Notes: generated by a model not told the origin, from the letters alone. Shown: positions 32,241 to 41,112, numbered from the stretch's first letter. The stretch is 41,764 nucleotides of DNA from an uncultured Candidatus Saccharibacteria bacterium (GCA_964499175.1 CAZCIQ010000002.1:1-41764); one strand, 5' to 3'. Numbers and translations are program-made.

Positions 32241-33215
32241 ATGCAAAATCAGTTTAGCAAAACGGGATGCGTAATAGATCCATCAAAGCTTTTACAGCCA
32301 AATAAAGAAATTTACGCAATGAAAAATGGAGAGCCTTTTTTGCAGGACTATGTTAGCGTGCCTTTAAATGATTTAGGATTTTCAAGAGGGCTTACTGTTT
32401 TTGCCGTAATGGAAGCAAGAGGAAATGTTGTTTTTCATCTTGATGACCATATAAAAAGATTAAGAAATTCAGCGATTTCCGCTTTTATTTCTCCGGGCAA
32501 TTTTGACGATGAAACATGGATTATTTCTTTTAGGAATAAAATAACGGATCTTTTAAAAAGAAACGGTTTTAAAGAATCCATTGTTAAAATTTTTATGACC
32601 GGCGGATTTGGAGATGTTGGTTTTTTGCCTCAAGGCAAACCAAATACTTATATTACAGTTGAAGATAAAAAAGCTTATCCTATTAAAGAAAGCGCAAAGC
32701 TGGGAGTTATGGAATTTGAAAGGCCTCTTCCGCACATAAAAAAAACCGATGATTATTCTTCGGCAATTATTGAAATGATGATTCTAAAAAAACAAGGCAT
32801 AGAAGTTGATGATATGCTTTATGTAAAAAAGGCTGATCCAAGATATTCAATGTATATTGATGGCAGATTATTAGAATGTTCAAGAGCTAATATTTTTTTG
32901 TTAACCGAACAGAACGTACTACTTATTCCTTCTGCAGACAACGTCCTCTCCGGGGTTACAAGAAATATAGTTTTGGATTTAGCCAGAAAGAGGACAGATT
33001 TACGTTCCGTGGAAGAAGATGATATTTCTTTTAATATGTTAAGTCTTAATATTAAAGAGATTTTCATTACTTCAACTACTAAAGGCGTTGCGCCGGTTGT
33101 TTTGATAAGCGATTTAGAGAAAAATAGAAAATTTGAAATTGGAGAATTTACTTTAAAGATTAAAGAAGATTTTAATAATTATCGCGAGGAATATTATAAA
33201 TCTCGCGGAGTATAA
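32241..33215 (+). CDS. Class IV (branched-chain amino acid / D-amino acid) aminotransferase-family protein
   Basis: The pattern matches the fold-type IV family: FHLDDHIKRL, SRANIFLL, LSGVTRNIVLDLA and EIFITSTTKGVAPV. Confidence 0.8.
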   Translation: MQNQFSKTGCVIDPSKLLQPNKEIYAMKNGEPFLQDYVSVPLNDLGFSRGLTVFAVMEARGNVVFHLDDHIKRLRNSAISAFISPGNFDDETWIISFRNKITDLLKRNGFKESIVKIFMTGGFGDVGFLPQGKPNTYITVEDKKAYPIKESAKLGVMEFERPLPHIKKTDDYSSAIIEMMILKKQGIEVDDMLYVKKADPRYSMYIDGRLLECSRANIFLLTEQNVLLIPSADNVLSGVTRNIVLDLARKRTDLRSVEEDDISFNMLSLNIKEIFITSTTKGVAPVVLISDLEKNRKFEIGEFTLKIKEDFNNYREEYYKSRGV

Positions 33216-33224
33216 ATAGACATC

Positions 33225-33250
33225 GCGGCAACTTGAGTTGCCGCTTTTTT
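33225..33250 (+). terminator. Intrinsic terminator
   Basis: gcggcaac-ttga-gttgccgc followed by ttttttatttt. Confidence 0.7.
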
Positions 33251-33377
33251 ATTTTATCTACAATGCCTCGCTACTTGTAGCGAGGATATAAAAAAATAAA
33301 AGATAAAATAACCCCGCCTTAATTTTGGCAATAATTTTTCACAAAATATTGATATTTAGAAAAAAATAGAAAATGTT

Positions 33378-33540
33378 TTTGCGGCGTAGTGTCCGAATAG
33401 GATCTCGCCAAAGGCGAGTGCGCCGCCCCGGAAAATCTTCACAAAATTAGAGCGGGGTAATATCATAGATACCTTACAGCTCTGTTGCGAGGTAGTTTAT
33501 TTACAACTTTCGCGGTTGCGATTTTTGTTGATTTTTTTGA
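33378..33540. ncRNA. Orphan GC-rich structured segment between two terminators; candidate ncRNA with strand and ends unresolved
   Basis: GCGGCG..CGCCGC encloses the hairpin ctcgcc-aaa-ggcgag. CCCCG..CGGGG follows, then a wobble-rich hairpin and T-runs (gatttttgttgattttttt). There is no ORF, and it sits in an otherwise AT-rich spacer. Confidence 0.25.
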
Positions 33541-33556
33541 ATTACTGAATTGAATA

Positions 33557-33600
33557 GAAAAAGCCCCGAGTTTTGGAAAAACTTCTCCAAAGCTCAGGGC
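33557..33600 (-). terminator. Intrinsic terminator after the Cys-rich protein gene
   Basis: The minus strand reads GCCCTGAGCTTTGG..CCAAAACTCGGGGC followed by TTTTTC. Confidence 0.6.
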
Positions 33601-33613
33601 TTCGTATTTTCAA

Positions 33614-33841
33614 TCATAGCCCTCCTTTCTTTAAAATCTCGCCGGCAAAGTCCGGCAGATTGACTGGCTGTTTGGATTGTGCCAGTCGTTTGGCCACCCT
33701 ATCCTCGCACTGCGCGAGGATCTCATCTACAAAATATGGCATCGGCGAAAGCGCCGACTCAAAATTTTGAGACGAGCGGTTTTTGCATCCCCCGCAAGGA
33801 TTTGGGGGGCAACCGTTTGGACAGCATTCATTCTTTTTCAT
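33614..33841 (-). CDS. Small Cys-rich protein (75 aa), unknown function
   Basis: AGGAGG lies 7 nt upstream of the ATG. The N-terminal cluster CCPNGCPPNPCGGC is followed by a helical tail. Confidence 0.55.
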   Translation of the reverse strand: MKKNECCPNGCPPNPCGGCKNRSSQNFESALSPMPYFVDEILAQCEDRVAKRLAQSKQPVNLPDFAGEILKKGGL

Positions 33842-33942
33842 TTTAATTCCTCCTGTCCCGCCGTGGCGGGACTAAAAAGTTGAAAATTAAATGTTCTATA
33901 AATTCATTATTAATTATAGCACTTTTAAAATAAAAGTCAATA

Positions 33943-33967
33943 ACTTCGGGAGTCCGACTCCCGAAGT
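33943..33967. promoter_or_regulatory. Perfect 12-1-12 palindrome acttcgggagtc-c-gactcccgaagt in the divergent region upstream of the TrmB-family regulator gene
   Basis: Read directly from the sequence; it is the sibling of 10601-10625. Confidence 0.45.
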
Positions 33968-34061
33968 AGCGGTTTTCCACAGTTTTGAAGGAAAAAAGTT
34001 GACAATTCAATTTTAATAATATAGCTTTAAACAATAACATATTTTAATATATATATTTTTT

Positions 34062-34841
34062 ATGATTGACAAGTTGACAAATTTACTAAAAGAAATAGGT
34101 TTTAATGACAAAGAAATAGATATATATTCCGCTATTTTGCCTCTTGGGTCTGCTTCAATAAGAGTTATTGCCGAACGGGTTAAAATCAATAGAGGAACGG
34201 TATACGACACATTAGAATCTTTAGCAAAAAAAGGATTTATTGACGTTAAAAGAATCGGTTCAAAAAAGAAATTTATAGCTAAGTCTCCGGAAGAGCTCCT
34301 CATTTTTATAGAAAATCAGGAAAAAACCGCGAGAAATTTAAAAACAAAAGTTAAAGACTCTCTCCCCTTTCTTCTTTCTTCTTATATGAAAGGCGGGGGC
34401 AAGCCCACGGTGGAATATTTTGATGACGATAAAGGCATTAAAAATATTTTAGAAGACGTGCTCAAAAGTTTTAAAAACGGGATTTATTTCGGTATGCGAT
34501 ATCCGAATAAGAACAAAGAATATTATGTTTATTCTTCAAAGTCGGCAAGAAATTATCTTTATAAATTATTTCCAAATTTTACAAAAGAAAAATTGCGTTT
34601 GGGCGTAAATACAAAAGTCATTGCTTTGGGCGAAGGAGCCGATCCGAAAAATTTAAAGTTTGCCGAAAGAAAATATATTCATAAGGACGCGCCTGCGTAT
34701 ATTTTAATTTACGGCGATAAGGTTGCCATGATTTCCGTGGCGGATGACAGAAAACCTTTTGGAGTAATTATAAATAATGAAAAAATAGCAAGAACGCAAA
34801 AAATTATTTTTGAAGAGTTATTCAATAAATTAGAAAAATAA
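34062..34841 (+). CDS. TrmB-family transcriptional regulator
   Basis: N-terminal winged HTH: LLKEIGFNDKEIDIYSAILPLGSASIRVIAERVKINRGTVYDTLESLAKKGFI. Confidence 0.75.
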   Translation: MIDKLTNLLKEIGFNDKEIDIYSAILPLGSASIRVIAERVKINRGTVYDTLESLAKKGFIDVKRIGSKKKFIAKSPEELLIFIENQEKTARNLKTKVKDSLPFLLSSYMKGGGKPTVEYFDDDKGIKNILEDVLKSFKNGIYFGMRYPNKNKEYYVYSSKSARNYLYKLFPNFTKEKLRLGVNTKVIALGEGADPKNLKFAERKYIHKDAPAYILIYGDKVAMISVADDRKPFGVIINNEKIARTQKIIFEELFNKLEK

Positions 34842-34928
34842 AGAGCGTAGCGATTATATTTTTCTCAACCCCGCCTATAGGCGTGGTGCTCAAAAATTAT
34901 ATTCGCTTCGCTTGCTAATTTTTGGCAA

Positions 34929-36776
34929 ATGTGCGGAATAATAGGATATGTGGGAAATAGAAAAGCCGTACCTGTTTTAATGGATGGTTTGAAACGGCTG
35001 GAATACCGCGGTTATGACTCCGCGGGCATTGTTGTTTTTGGCAAAGATAAAAGTGAACATTTTCTTGTAAAACAAAAAGGAAGATTAAGCGAACTTGAGA
35101 AAAAAGTTGATTTTGATTTTAACGGCACCGTGGGATGCGGTCATAACCGTTGGTCTACTCACGGCGAGCCGAATCATGAAAATTCTCATCCTCATTGGGA
35201 TTGCGAGAAAAAAATTTTCGTGGTTCACAACGGCATTATTGAGAATTACAAAATTTTAAAAGAAAAACTTATTCAAAAAGGCCATAAATTTTCTTCGGAA
35301 ACGGATACGGAGGTGATGCCTCATTTGGTGGAGGAAATTATCAGAGTGAAAAAAGGCAAGATAACTTTTGAAGAAGCGGTGCGGCTCGCTCTTCGCGCAA
35401 TTAAAGGTTCTTACGCTTTTGCCATTTTAAACATTGACGAGCCGGAAAAAATTATCGTCGCGAAAAATTCAAGTCCGCTTTTGATAGGCGTTGGAAAAGA
35501 TGAATATTTTGTGGCGTCGGACGCCTCTCCTCTTTTGCCTTACACACGAAAAGTAATTTATTTGAATGACGGCGAGTATGGAGTTATAACAAAAGAAAGC
35601 GCGCGTCTGGCGGATTTGGACAGAAAACCTTTAAGCAAAAATATTTGCCTTGTGGATTTCACGCTTGAAGAGGCTTCTAAACAAGGATTTGCTCATTTTA
35701 TGCTTAAGGAAATTTTTGAAGAGCCGGAAGCTGTACAAAATTCAATTCGCGGCAGAATAATAGCTCAAGAAGGAAAAGTAAAATTAGGAGGGCTTGAAAC
35801 GGTGAAAGAAGAATTAAAAAATGTGGATAATGTGGTGATTACCGCGTGCGGCACCGCTTATTATTCAGGGTTTGTCGGCAGATATTTATTGGAAGAATAT
35901 GGAAAAGTTTCCGCTGAAATAGATTGCGCTTCGGAATTAAGATATAGAAAGCCGGTGTTTAAACCTAATACAGCCTTTTTAACTATAAGCCAGTCCGGAG
36001 AAACGGCGGACACTCTAGCCGCTTTAAAAGAAGCGTCGCGCCAGAATATTTTAACTTTGGGCATTACGAACGTGGTCGCTTCAACAATCGCGAGAGAAGT
36101 GAAAGCCGGAGTTTATAATCACGTGGGTCCTGAAATAGGAGTTGCTTCCACGAAAGCTTTTGTTTCACAGCTCGCGGTTTTGTCTTTGCTCGCGATTTTT
36201 TTGGGAACCGCGAGAGGCTTAAAAAAAAGTTTTGCCAAAGAGATATGTGGAGAATTAATCTGTATTCCGTCTAAGATGAAAAAAATTTTGCGTAAAGAAA
36301 ACGATAATGTCAGACGCATTGCCGAGCGTTATCATAAATATGATAATTTTCTTTATCTCGGGAGAAAGTATAATTATCCTATCGCTTTAGAAGGCGCGTT
36401 AAAGCTTAAAGAAATATCTTACATTCATTCGGAAGGATACGGCGCCGGAGAAATGAAACATGGGCCGATAGCTTTGATAGACAAAAATTTTCCTTCCGTA
36501 TTTGTGGCGCCTAAGAATAGCGTGTATGATAAAGTGGTAAGCAATATGGAGGAGATAAAAGCGCGAGGAGGAAAGATTATCGCTTTAGCGACGGAAGGCG
36601 ACAAAGCCATAAAAAGAATAGCGGATGACGTGATATATATTCCGGAGACAATTGAAATGCTAGAACCTATTTTGACCGTTTTGCCTCTTCATTTATTTGC
36701 TTATTATATGGGAGTGTTTCGCGGTTGCGACGTGGATAAGCCCCGCAATTTGGCAAAGTCGGTTACCGTGGAGTGA
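34929..36776 (+). CDS. glmS: Glutamine--fructose-6-phosphate aminotransferase (isomerising)
   Basis: It starts MCGIIGYVG, with Cys2 as the nucleophile. It has RLEYRGYDSAGI, two SIS domains (ISQSGETADT) and ends KPRNLAKSVTVE. Confidence 0.95.
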   Translation: MCGIIGYVGNRKAVPVLMDGLKRLEYRGYDSAGIVVFGKDKSEHFLVKQKGRLSELEKKVDFDFNGTVGCGHNRWSTHGEPNHENSHPHWDCEKKIFVVHNGIIENYKILKEKLIQKGHKFSSETDTEVMPHLVEEIIRVKKGKITFEEAVRLALRAIKGSYAFAILNIDEPEKIIVAKNSSPLLIGVGKDEYFVASDASPLLPYTRKVIYLNDGEYGVITKESARLADLDRKPLSKNICLVDFTLEEASKQGFAHFMLKEIFEEPEAVQNSIRGRIIAQEGKVKLGGLETVKEELKNVDNVVITACGTAYYSGFVGRYLLEEYGKVSAEIDCASELRYRKPVFKPNTAFLTISQSGETADTLAALKEASRQNILTLGITNVVASTIAREVKAGVYNHVGPEIGVASTKAFVSQLAVLSLLAIFLGTARGLKKSFAKEICGELICIPSKMKKILRKENDNVRRIAERYHKYDNFLYLGRKYNYPIALEGALKLKEISYIHSEGYGAGEMKHGPIALIDKNFPSVFVAPKNSVYDKVVSNMEEIKARGGKIIALATEGDKAIKRIADDVIYIPETIEMLEPILTVLPLHLFAYYMGVFRGCDVDKPRNLAKSVTVE

Positions 36777-36786
36777 ATTTTTAATA

Positions 36787-37479
36787 ATGTACGCAATTAA
36801 AACCGCGCAATTTGAAGGACCTATTGATTTACTGCTTGCGTTAATTGAAGAATATAAACTTTCAATAAATGAAATTTCGCTTGCCGAAATCGCGGATCAA
36901 TATGTCTCTTATTTGAATTCTTTGGAAGAGCTGCCTTATTATGAAATAGCGGACTTTTTAAGGGTGGCCGCGACTTTGATTTTAATAAAGTCAAAATCGC
37001 TTCTTCCGCAAATGATTTTTACCGAAGAGGAAAACATTGACATTTACGAGCTTCAAAGAAGGCTTGAATTTCATAAAACCATATCTCTCGCGGCAAAGAT
37101 AATAGAAAATAATTTTCAGAAGAATGTTTTACGGAATAGAGAAAAATTTCTAGGGCTCAAAGCGGTGTTTTCTCCTTCCCGTAATTTAACCGTTCAAAAT
37201 CTTTTTTTAAGTTTAAGATCTTTGATAGAGTTTTTGCCGGAAAAAGAGGTGCTTCCGGAAAAGTTCATTAAACAAACGATTTCTTTGGAAAGCAAAATAA
37301 AAGAAATAAAAGATCGTTTCGCTGAATTAAAAAATCTGAATTTTAAAAATTTAAATAACTCAAATGACAAAACCGAGTTTATATTAAATTTTCTGGCAAT
37401 TTTAGAACTTGTGAGGCAGGGATTTTTATTAGCCGTTCAAGAAACTCAAAACGAAGACATTTTAATTGAAAAGTTATAA
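36787..37479 (+). CDS. scpA: Segregation and condensation protein A
   Basis: FEGPIDLLLALIEEYKLSINEISLAEIADQYVSYL. I chose the ATG at 36787 because the track start at 36697 overlaps glmS. Confidence 0.85.
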   Translation: MYAIKTAQFEGPIDLLLALIEEYKLSINEISLAEIADQYVSYLNSLEELPYYEIADFLRVAATLILIKSKSLLPQMIFTEEENIDIYELQRRLEFHKTISLAAKIIENNFQKNVLRNREKFLGLKAVFSPSRNLTVQNLFLSLRSLIEFLPEKEVLPEKFIKQTISLESKIKEIKDRFAELKNLNFKNLNNSNDKTEFILNFLAILELVRQGFLLAVQETQNEDILIEKL

Positions 37480-37531
37480 AAAACTTTGCGCGGGTTTTGA
37501 ATTTTAGAGCTTATCTTGTTATATTTAGATT

Positions 37532-40249
37532 ATGTTTAACAATTTTTACCCGCACGCTGAAGACGCGAGCGAAGTTTTGAGTCATTTTTCCGTTGCGCCG
37601 AAATTCGGTCTTACCAAGAGCCAAGTAGAAAAAAATAAAAAAGAATACGGCCTAAATATTTTAAAAGAAGAAAAGCGCTTTGTTTTTCTAAAAATTTTTT
37701 TCAATCAATTTAAAAGTCCTCTTATAATTCTGCTTCTCGTGGCCGGCATAATCACTATTTTTTTAAAAGAATACCACAACGCGATTGTGATTTTTTTGGC
37801 CGTCATTATAAATTCGTTGATTGGTTTTTTTGAAGAAAAAAAGGCCGCCGATGTTTTTGCCGTTTTAAAAAAGTCATTAAAGAAATATGCCGTTGTGGTG
37901 CGCGAAGGAGAAAAGAAAATAATAGAATCGGAAAATCTCGTGCCCGGAGATATTGTTTTGCTCCAAGAAGGAGACATGGCGCCGGCCGATTGCAGGATTA
38001 TTGAAGAAAAAGGACTTGAGATTGACGAGTCGGCGCTAACCGGAGAATGGCTGCCGGTCGCAAAAAATATTTTAAAAGTTGATTTAAAAACAAGAATTAA
38101 TGCTCAGTTCAATATGCTTTTTATGGGCACTTTAGCAGTTTACGGGTTTGCGAAAGCTGTTGTTGTTAGAACGGGAGAAAACACGGAATTTGGCAGACTG
38201 GTAAAAATTTCTAAAGAAGAGATTAATAAATTAACTCCTCTTCAAAAACAAATAAAACATTTATCCCGATTTATAGGAATTTTTGTCGTTTCGTTTTCTT
38301 TAATGTTATTTATTTTGGGAGTATTTCAGGGCAGAGGCGTAAATGATATGTTCTTATCAGCCGTGGCCATTGTTGTTGCCGCTGTTCCCGAAGGATTGCC
38401 GGTGGCTGTCACCATAATTTTGGTTTTGGGAGCAAAATCTATTTTTAACAAAGGAGGACTTATAAAAAAAATTTTGATGGCGGAAACTTTGGGAGGAGTT
38501 GATGTGATTCTGACCGACAAAACCGGCACTTTAACCAAAGCTCAAATGAAAATATCGCGCATAATCACGGCAGGCGATGTTTTAAGCCGCAAGACAGGAA
38601 AGAATCTTGTTGAGGCGGAACAGGCTAGAATTAACCTTCTTACAAAAGCTCAATTTGTTTCAAACGGTTTTATTGAAAATCCTAAAGACGAGATTCATGA
38701 ATGGATAATTAGAGGAAAACCAATGGAAAAAGCTATTCTTGAAGCGGGAATTGAATCGGGCATTCAAGTTAAAAAAATATTTGAAGAGTATCCGCGCCTT
38801 GATTTTTTGCCGTTCAATTCAGAACGGCGTTTTTTTGCCAGTCTTCATAAATCAGAAAACAATAATGAAATTTACATAGGAGGCGCTCCGGAAACGGCGC
38901 TTAAATTCTGTTCCGCTTATCAGACTGACTTAAACGAATGCAGGTCTTTTCGCAACAAGAAAATTTTTAAAGAATCTTATGAATCTTTTATGAAAGAAGG
39001 CAGTCGGATAATGGCCGTTTGTTTTAAAAGCGTTGATCAAAAAGAAATTCCGCGCGACGATGAAAGTTTTTTTGAAAACTTTTGCTTTTTAGGTTTCATT
39101 GCTTTTCATGACCCCTTAAGAGAAGATGCGAAAGAATCTTTGGAAGCGGCTAAAAATGCAGGGATACAGACAGTCATTGTGACCGGAGATAATTTGAATA
39201 CCGCGAAAGTTATCGCGGAAAACGCGGGCCTGATTTCAATTTCAAAAGCGAATTTGGCATTAGACGCGGAGAATTTAACGCCGGGTAATGAAAAAAAACA
39301 ATATGTGTCGTTTGATGAAATCGATGTTTCTAATAAAGATAATATCGCGAATATTATTGAGGATGTGAAAATATGGGCCAGAGTTTTGCCTCATCAGAAA
39401 ATGGCAATTGTGGAAAGCTGGCAGGCTAAAAATAAAATTGTGGCCATGACGGGAGATGGCATAAACGATGTGCCGGCTTTAAAGCGCGCTGACATTGGAA
39501 TAGCTTTAAATTCCGGCGCGGATGCAGCCAAGGAGGCTGCTGATTTAATACTCACCAACAATAGTTTTAGCGTAATAGTCGAAGCCGTGAAGCAGGGAAG
39601 AATTGTTATGGATAATATAAGAAAAGTTTTAACATATCTTTTGTCGTCGGGCTTTACTGAAATGATTTTAATTGGAGGAAGCATTATATTTAGCTTTCCT
39701 TTACCGGTTTTGCCGAATCAGATTTTGTGGGCGAATATAATACAGGAAGGATTTATGAATTTTGCCTACGCGTTTGAAAAAGAAGAAGGAAATGTTTTGA
39801 AAAGAAAAAAGACTGGCGGCCGTTCGCTTTTTACGAAAGAGATGAAAATAATGATTTTTGTTATAGGCATAATAACAGACCTTTTTCTTTTAGTCTTATT
39901 TTTTATCCTTCTAAAATTAAATTATGACTTATCAAAAATTAGGACCATTATGTTTGCCGGTCTTTCAAGCGACGCAATTTTTTTCGCCTTGTCTCTTAAG
40001 AATTTAAGTTTGCCTATTTGGAAAATTAATATTTTTTCAAACAAATATCTTTTGTTTTCCTTATTTTTAAGCGTTCTATTTCTCATCGCGGCTCTATTTT
40101 TACCGTTTCTTCAAAATATGCTTGAGCTTACCCCTCTTACCTTTCAAGAGATTATTATAATTCTCGGCATAGGCATTTTTAATTTTATAATAATTGAAAT
40201 CGCTAAATTTTTTATTGTTTTGCGCAAAAATCAAAAAGCGGAAGTTTAA
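37532..40249 (+). CDS. Cation-transporting P-type ATPase (type II, Ca2+-ATPase-like)
   Basis: PEGLP in TM4, the phosphorylation site DKTGTLT, TGDN and GDGINDVPALKRADIGIA. About ten TM helices. Confidence 0.9.
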   Translation: MFNNFYPHAEDASEVLSHFSVAPKFGLTKSQVEKNKKEYGLNILKEEKRFVFLKIFFNQFKSPLIILLLVAGIITIFLKEYHNAIVIFLAVIINSLIGFFEEKKAADVFAVLKKSLKKYAVVVREGEKKIIESENLVPGDIVLLQEGDMAPADCRIIEEKGLEIDESALTGEWLPVAKNILKVDLKTRINAQFNMLFMGTLAVYGFAKAVVVRTGENTEFGRLVKISKEEINKLTPLQKQIKHLSRFIGIFVVSFSLMLFILGVFQGRGVNDMFLSAVAIVVAAVPEGLPVAVTIILVLGAKSIFNKGGLIKKILMAETLGGVDVILTDKTGTLTKAQMKISRIITAGDVLSRKTGKNLVEAEQARINLLTKAQFVSNGFIENPKDEIHEWIIRGKPMEKAILEAGIESGIQVKKIFEEYPRLDFLPFNSERRFFASLHKSENNNEIYIGGAPETALKFCSAYQTDLNECRSFRNKKIFKESYESFMKEGSRIMAVCFKSVDQKEIPRDDESFFENFCFLGFIAFHDPLREDAKESLEAAKNAGIQTVIVTGDNLNTAKVIAENAGLISISKANLALDAENLTPGNEKKQYVSFDEIDVSNKDNIANIIEDVKIWARVLPHQKMAIVESWQAKNKIVAMTGDGINDVPALKRADIGIALNSGADAAKEAADLILTNNSFSVIVEAVKQGRIVMDNIRKVLTYLLSSGFTEMILIGGSIIFSFPLPVLPNQILWANIIQEGFMNFAYAFEKEEGNVLKRKKTGGRSLFTKEMKIMIFVIGIITDLFLLVLFFILLKLNYDLSKIRTIMFAGLSSDAIFFALSLKNLSLPIWKINIFSNKYLLFSLFLSVLFLIAALFLPFLQNMLELTPLTFQEIIIILGIGIFNFIIIEIAKFFIVLRKNQKAEV

Positions 40250-40256
40250 CTTCCGC
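40232..40256 (-). terminator. Intrinsic terminator for rpiB, overlapping the ATPase stop codon
   Basis: The minus strand reads GCGGAAGTT-A-AACTTCCGC followed by TTTTTG. Confidence 0.6.
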
Positions 40257-40263
40257 GTATGAA

Positions 40264-40731
40264 TTATTTGTCTATTTTTTCAATTCTTTTTTGGTGGCGG
40301 GAAAAATTTTGGTCGGAAGGATCAGGATACAAAGTTTCAAGCCAAAGTTTCACGGCGTTTTTTGCTTCTTGTTCGTTTAAAAATCGCGCGCCTAAAGACA
40401 AAACATTCGCGTTGTTATGTTCGCGCGAAAGTTTTATAATTTCTTCATTATAACCGTAATAAACTATCGCTCTAATGTTTTTAAATCTGTTCGCGCACAT
40501 AGCTTCTCCTTGTCCCGAGCCTCCTAAAATTATGGCCATTGAATCAATGCCGTTTTTTAAGTCCTCTTCTAAAGCGCGCATTGCCGGAATTATGAAGTCT
40601 GGATAGTCATCTTCCGAGTTAAATTCAAAAGCGCCGAAATCTTTTATTTCATGTCCTGCTTCATTTAGAAAAATTTTTAATTTTTCTTTTAATTCAAAAC
40701 CGGCATGGTCTGATGCGAAATATATTTTCAT
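40264..40731 (-). CDS. rpiB: Ribose-5-phosphate isomerase B
   Basis: MKIYFASDHAGFELKEKL, GGSGQGEAMCANR and AKLSREHNNANVLSLGARF-like motifs. Confidence 0.9.
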   Translation of the reverse strand: MKIYFASDHAGFELKEKLKIFLNEAGHEIKDFGAFEFNSEDDYPDFIIPAMRALEEDLKNGIDSMAIILGGSGQGEAMCANRFKNIRAIVYYGYNEEIIKLSREHNNANVLSLGARFLNEQEAKNAVKLWLETLYPDPSDQNFSRHQKRIEKIDK

Positions 40732-41102
40732 TTTATTTTAACTTCCTCTTCTTCTATTCTTTTAATCCTTTTTTCGTGGTCTTCTAACTTTAATTCGTGT
40801 TTTCTGTATTGATGCGCTCCAATGGCATTTTCATTTTTTAGGTCATTAAGAGCTCCATAGATATGGTCAAAATGATCAAGAAGTTCATTTCTTGTCATAA
40901 ACTCTTCTTTCATCTCCTTTCTTGTCATAAACTCTTCTTTCATCTCCTCTCTCGTCATAAACTTTTTTTCCATTTCTTCAAATCCTTTTTGAGTCGCTAT
41001 AGCCAATTTATCAATATTTACGAGGGTTTTTTTGGTTATCGTTGCCAATGTTTCAAGCGTCATTTTGCTTTTACTTTTATTATTTTCTTTTTTGTTTTTC
41101 AT
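40728..41102 (-). CDS. Coiled-coil protein with tandem decapeptide repeats (paralogue of 25272-25742)
   Basis: IDKLAIATQKGFEEMEKKF is followed by FMTREEMKEE x3, encoded by three 30-bp DNA repeats at 40891-40980. It overlaps the rpiB start by 4 nt. Confidence 0.55.
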   Translation of the reverse strand: MKNKKENNKSKSKMTLETLATITKKTLVNIDKLAIATQKGFEEMEKKFMTREEMKEEFMTRKEMKEEFMTRNELLDHFDHIYGALNDLKNENAIGAHQYRKHELKLEDHEKRIKRIEEEEVKIK

Positions 41103-41112
41103 AATTCAAACT

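Noticed and set aside
33573-33883. Plus-strand ORFs of 65 aa and 68 aa
   Set aside because: They lie antisense to the 75-aa minus-strand ORF, which has a strong AGGAGG and its own terminator. The plus-strand ORFs have neither.
34842-34928. Possible glmS ribozyme in the glmS 5' region
   Set aside because: Only about 87 nt separate the upstream stop from the glmS ATG, too short for the ribozyme of roughly 170 nt. I see none of its conserved core. The structure looks like a palindromic repeat or terminator instead.
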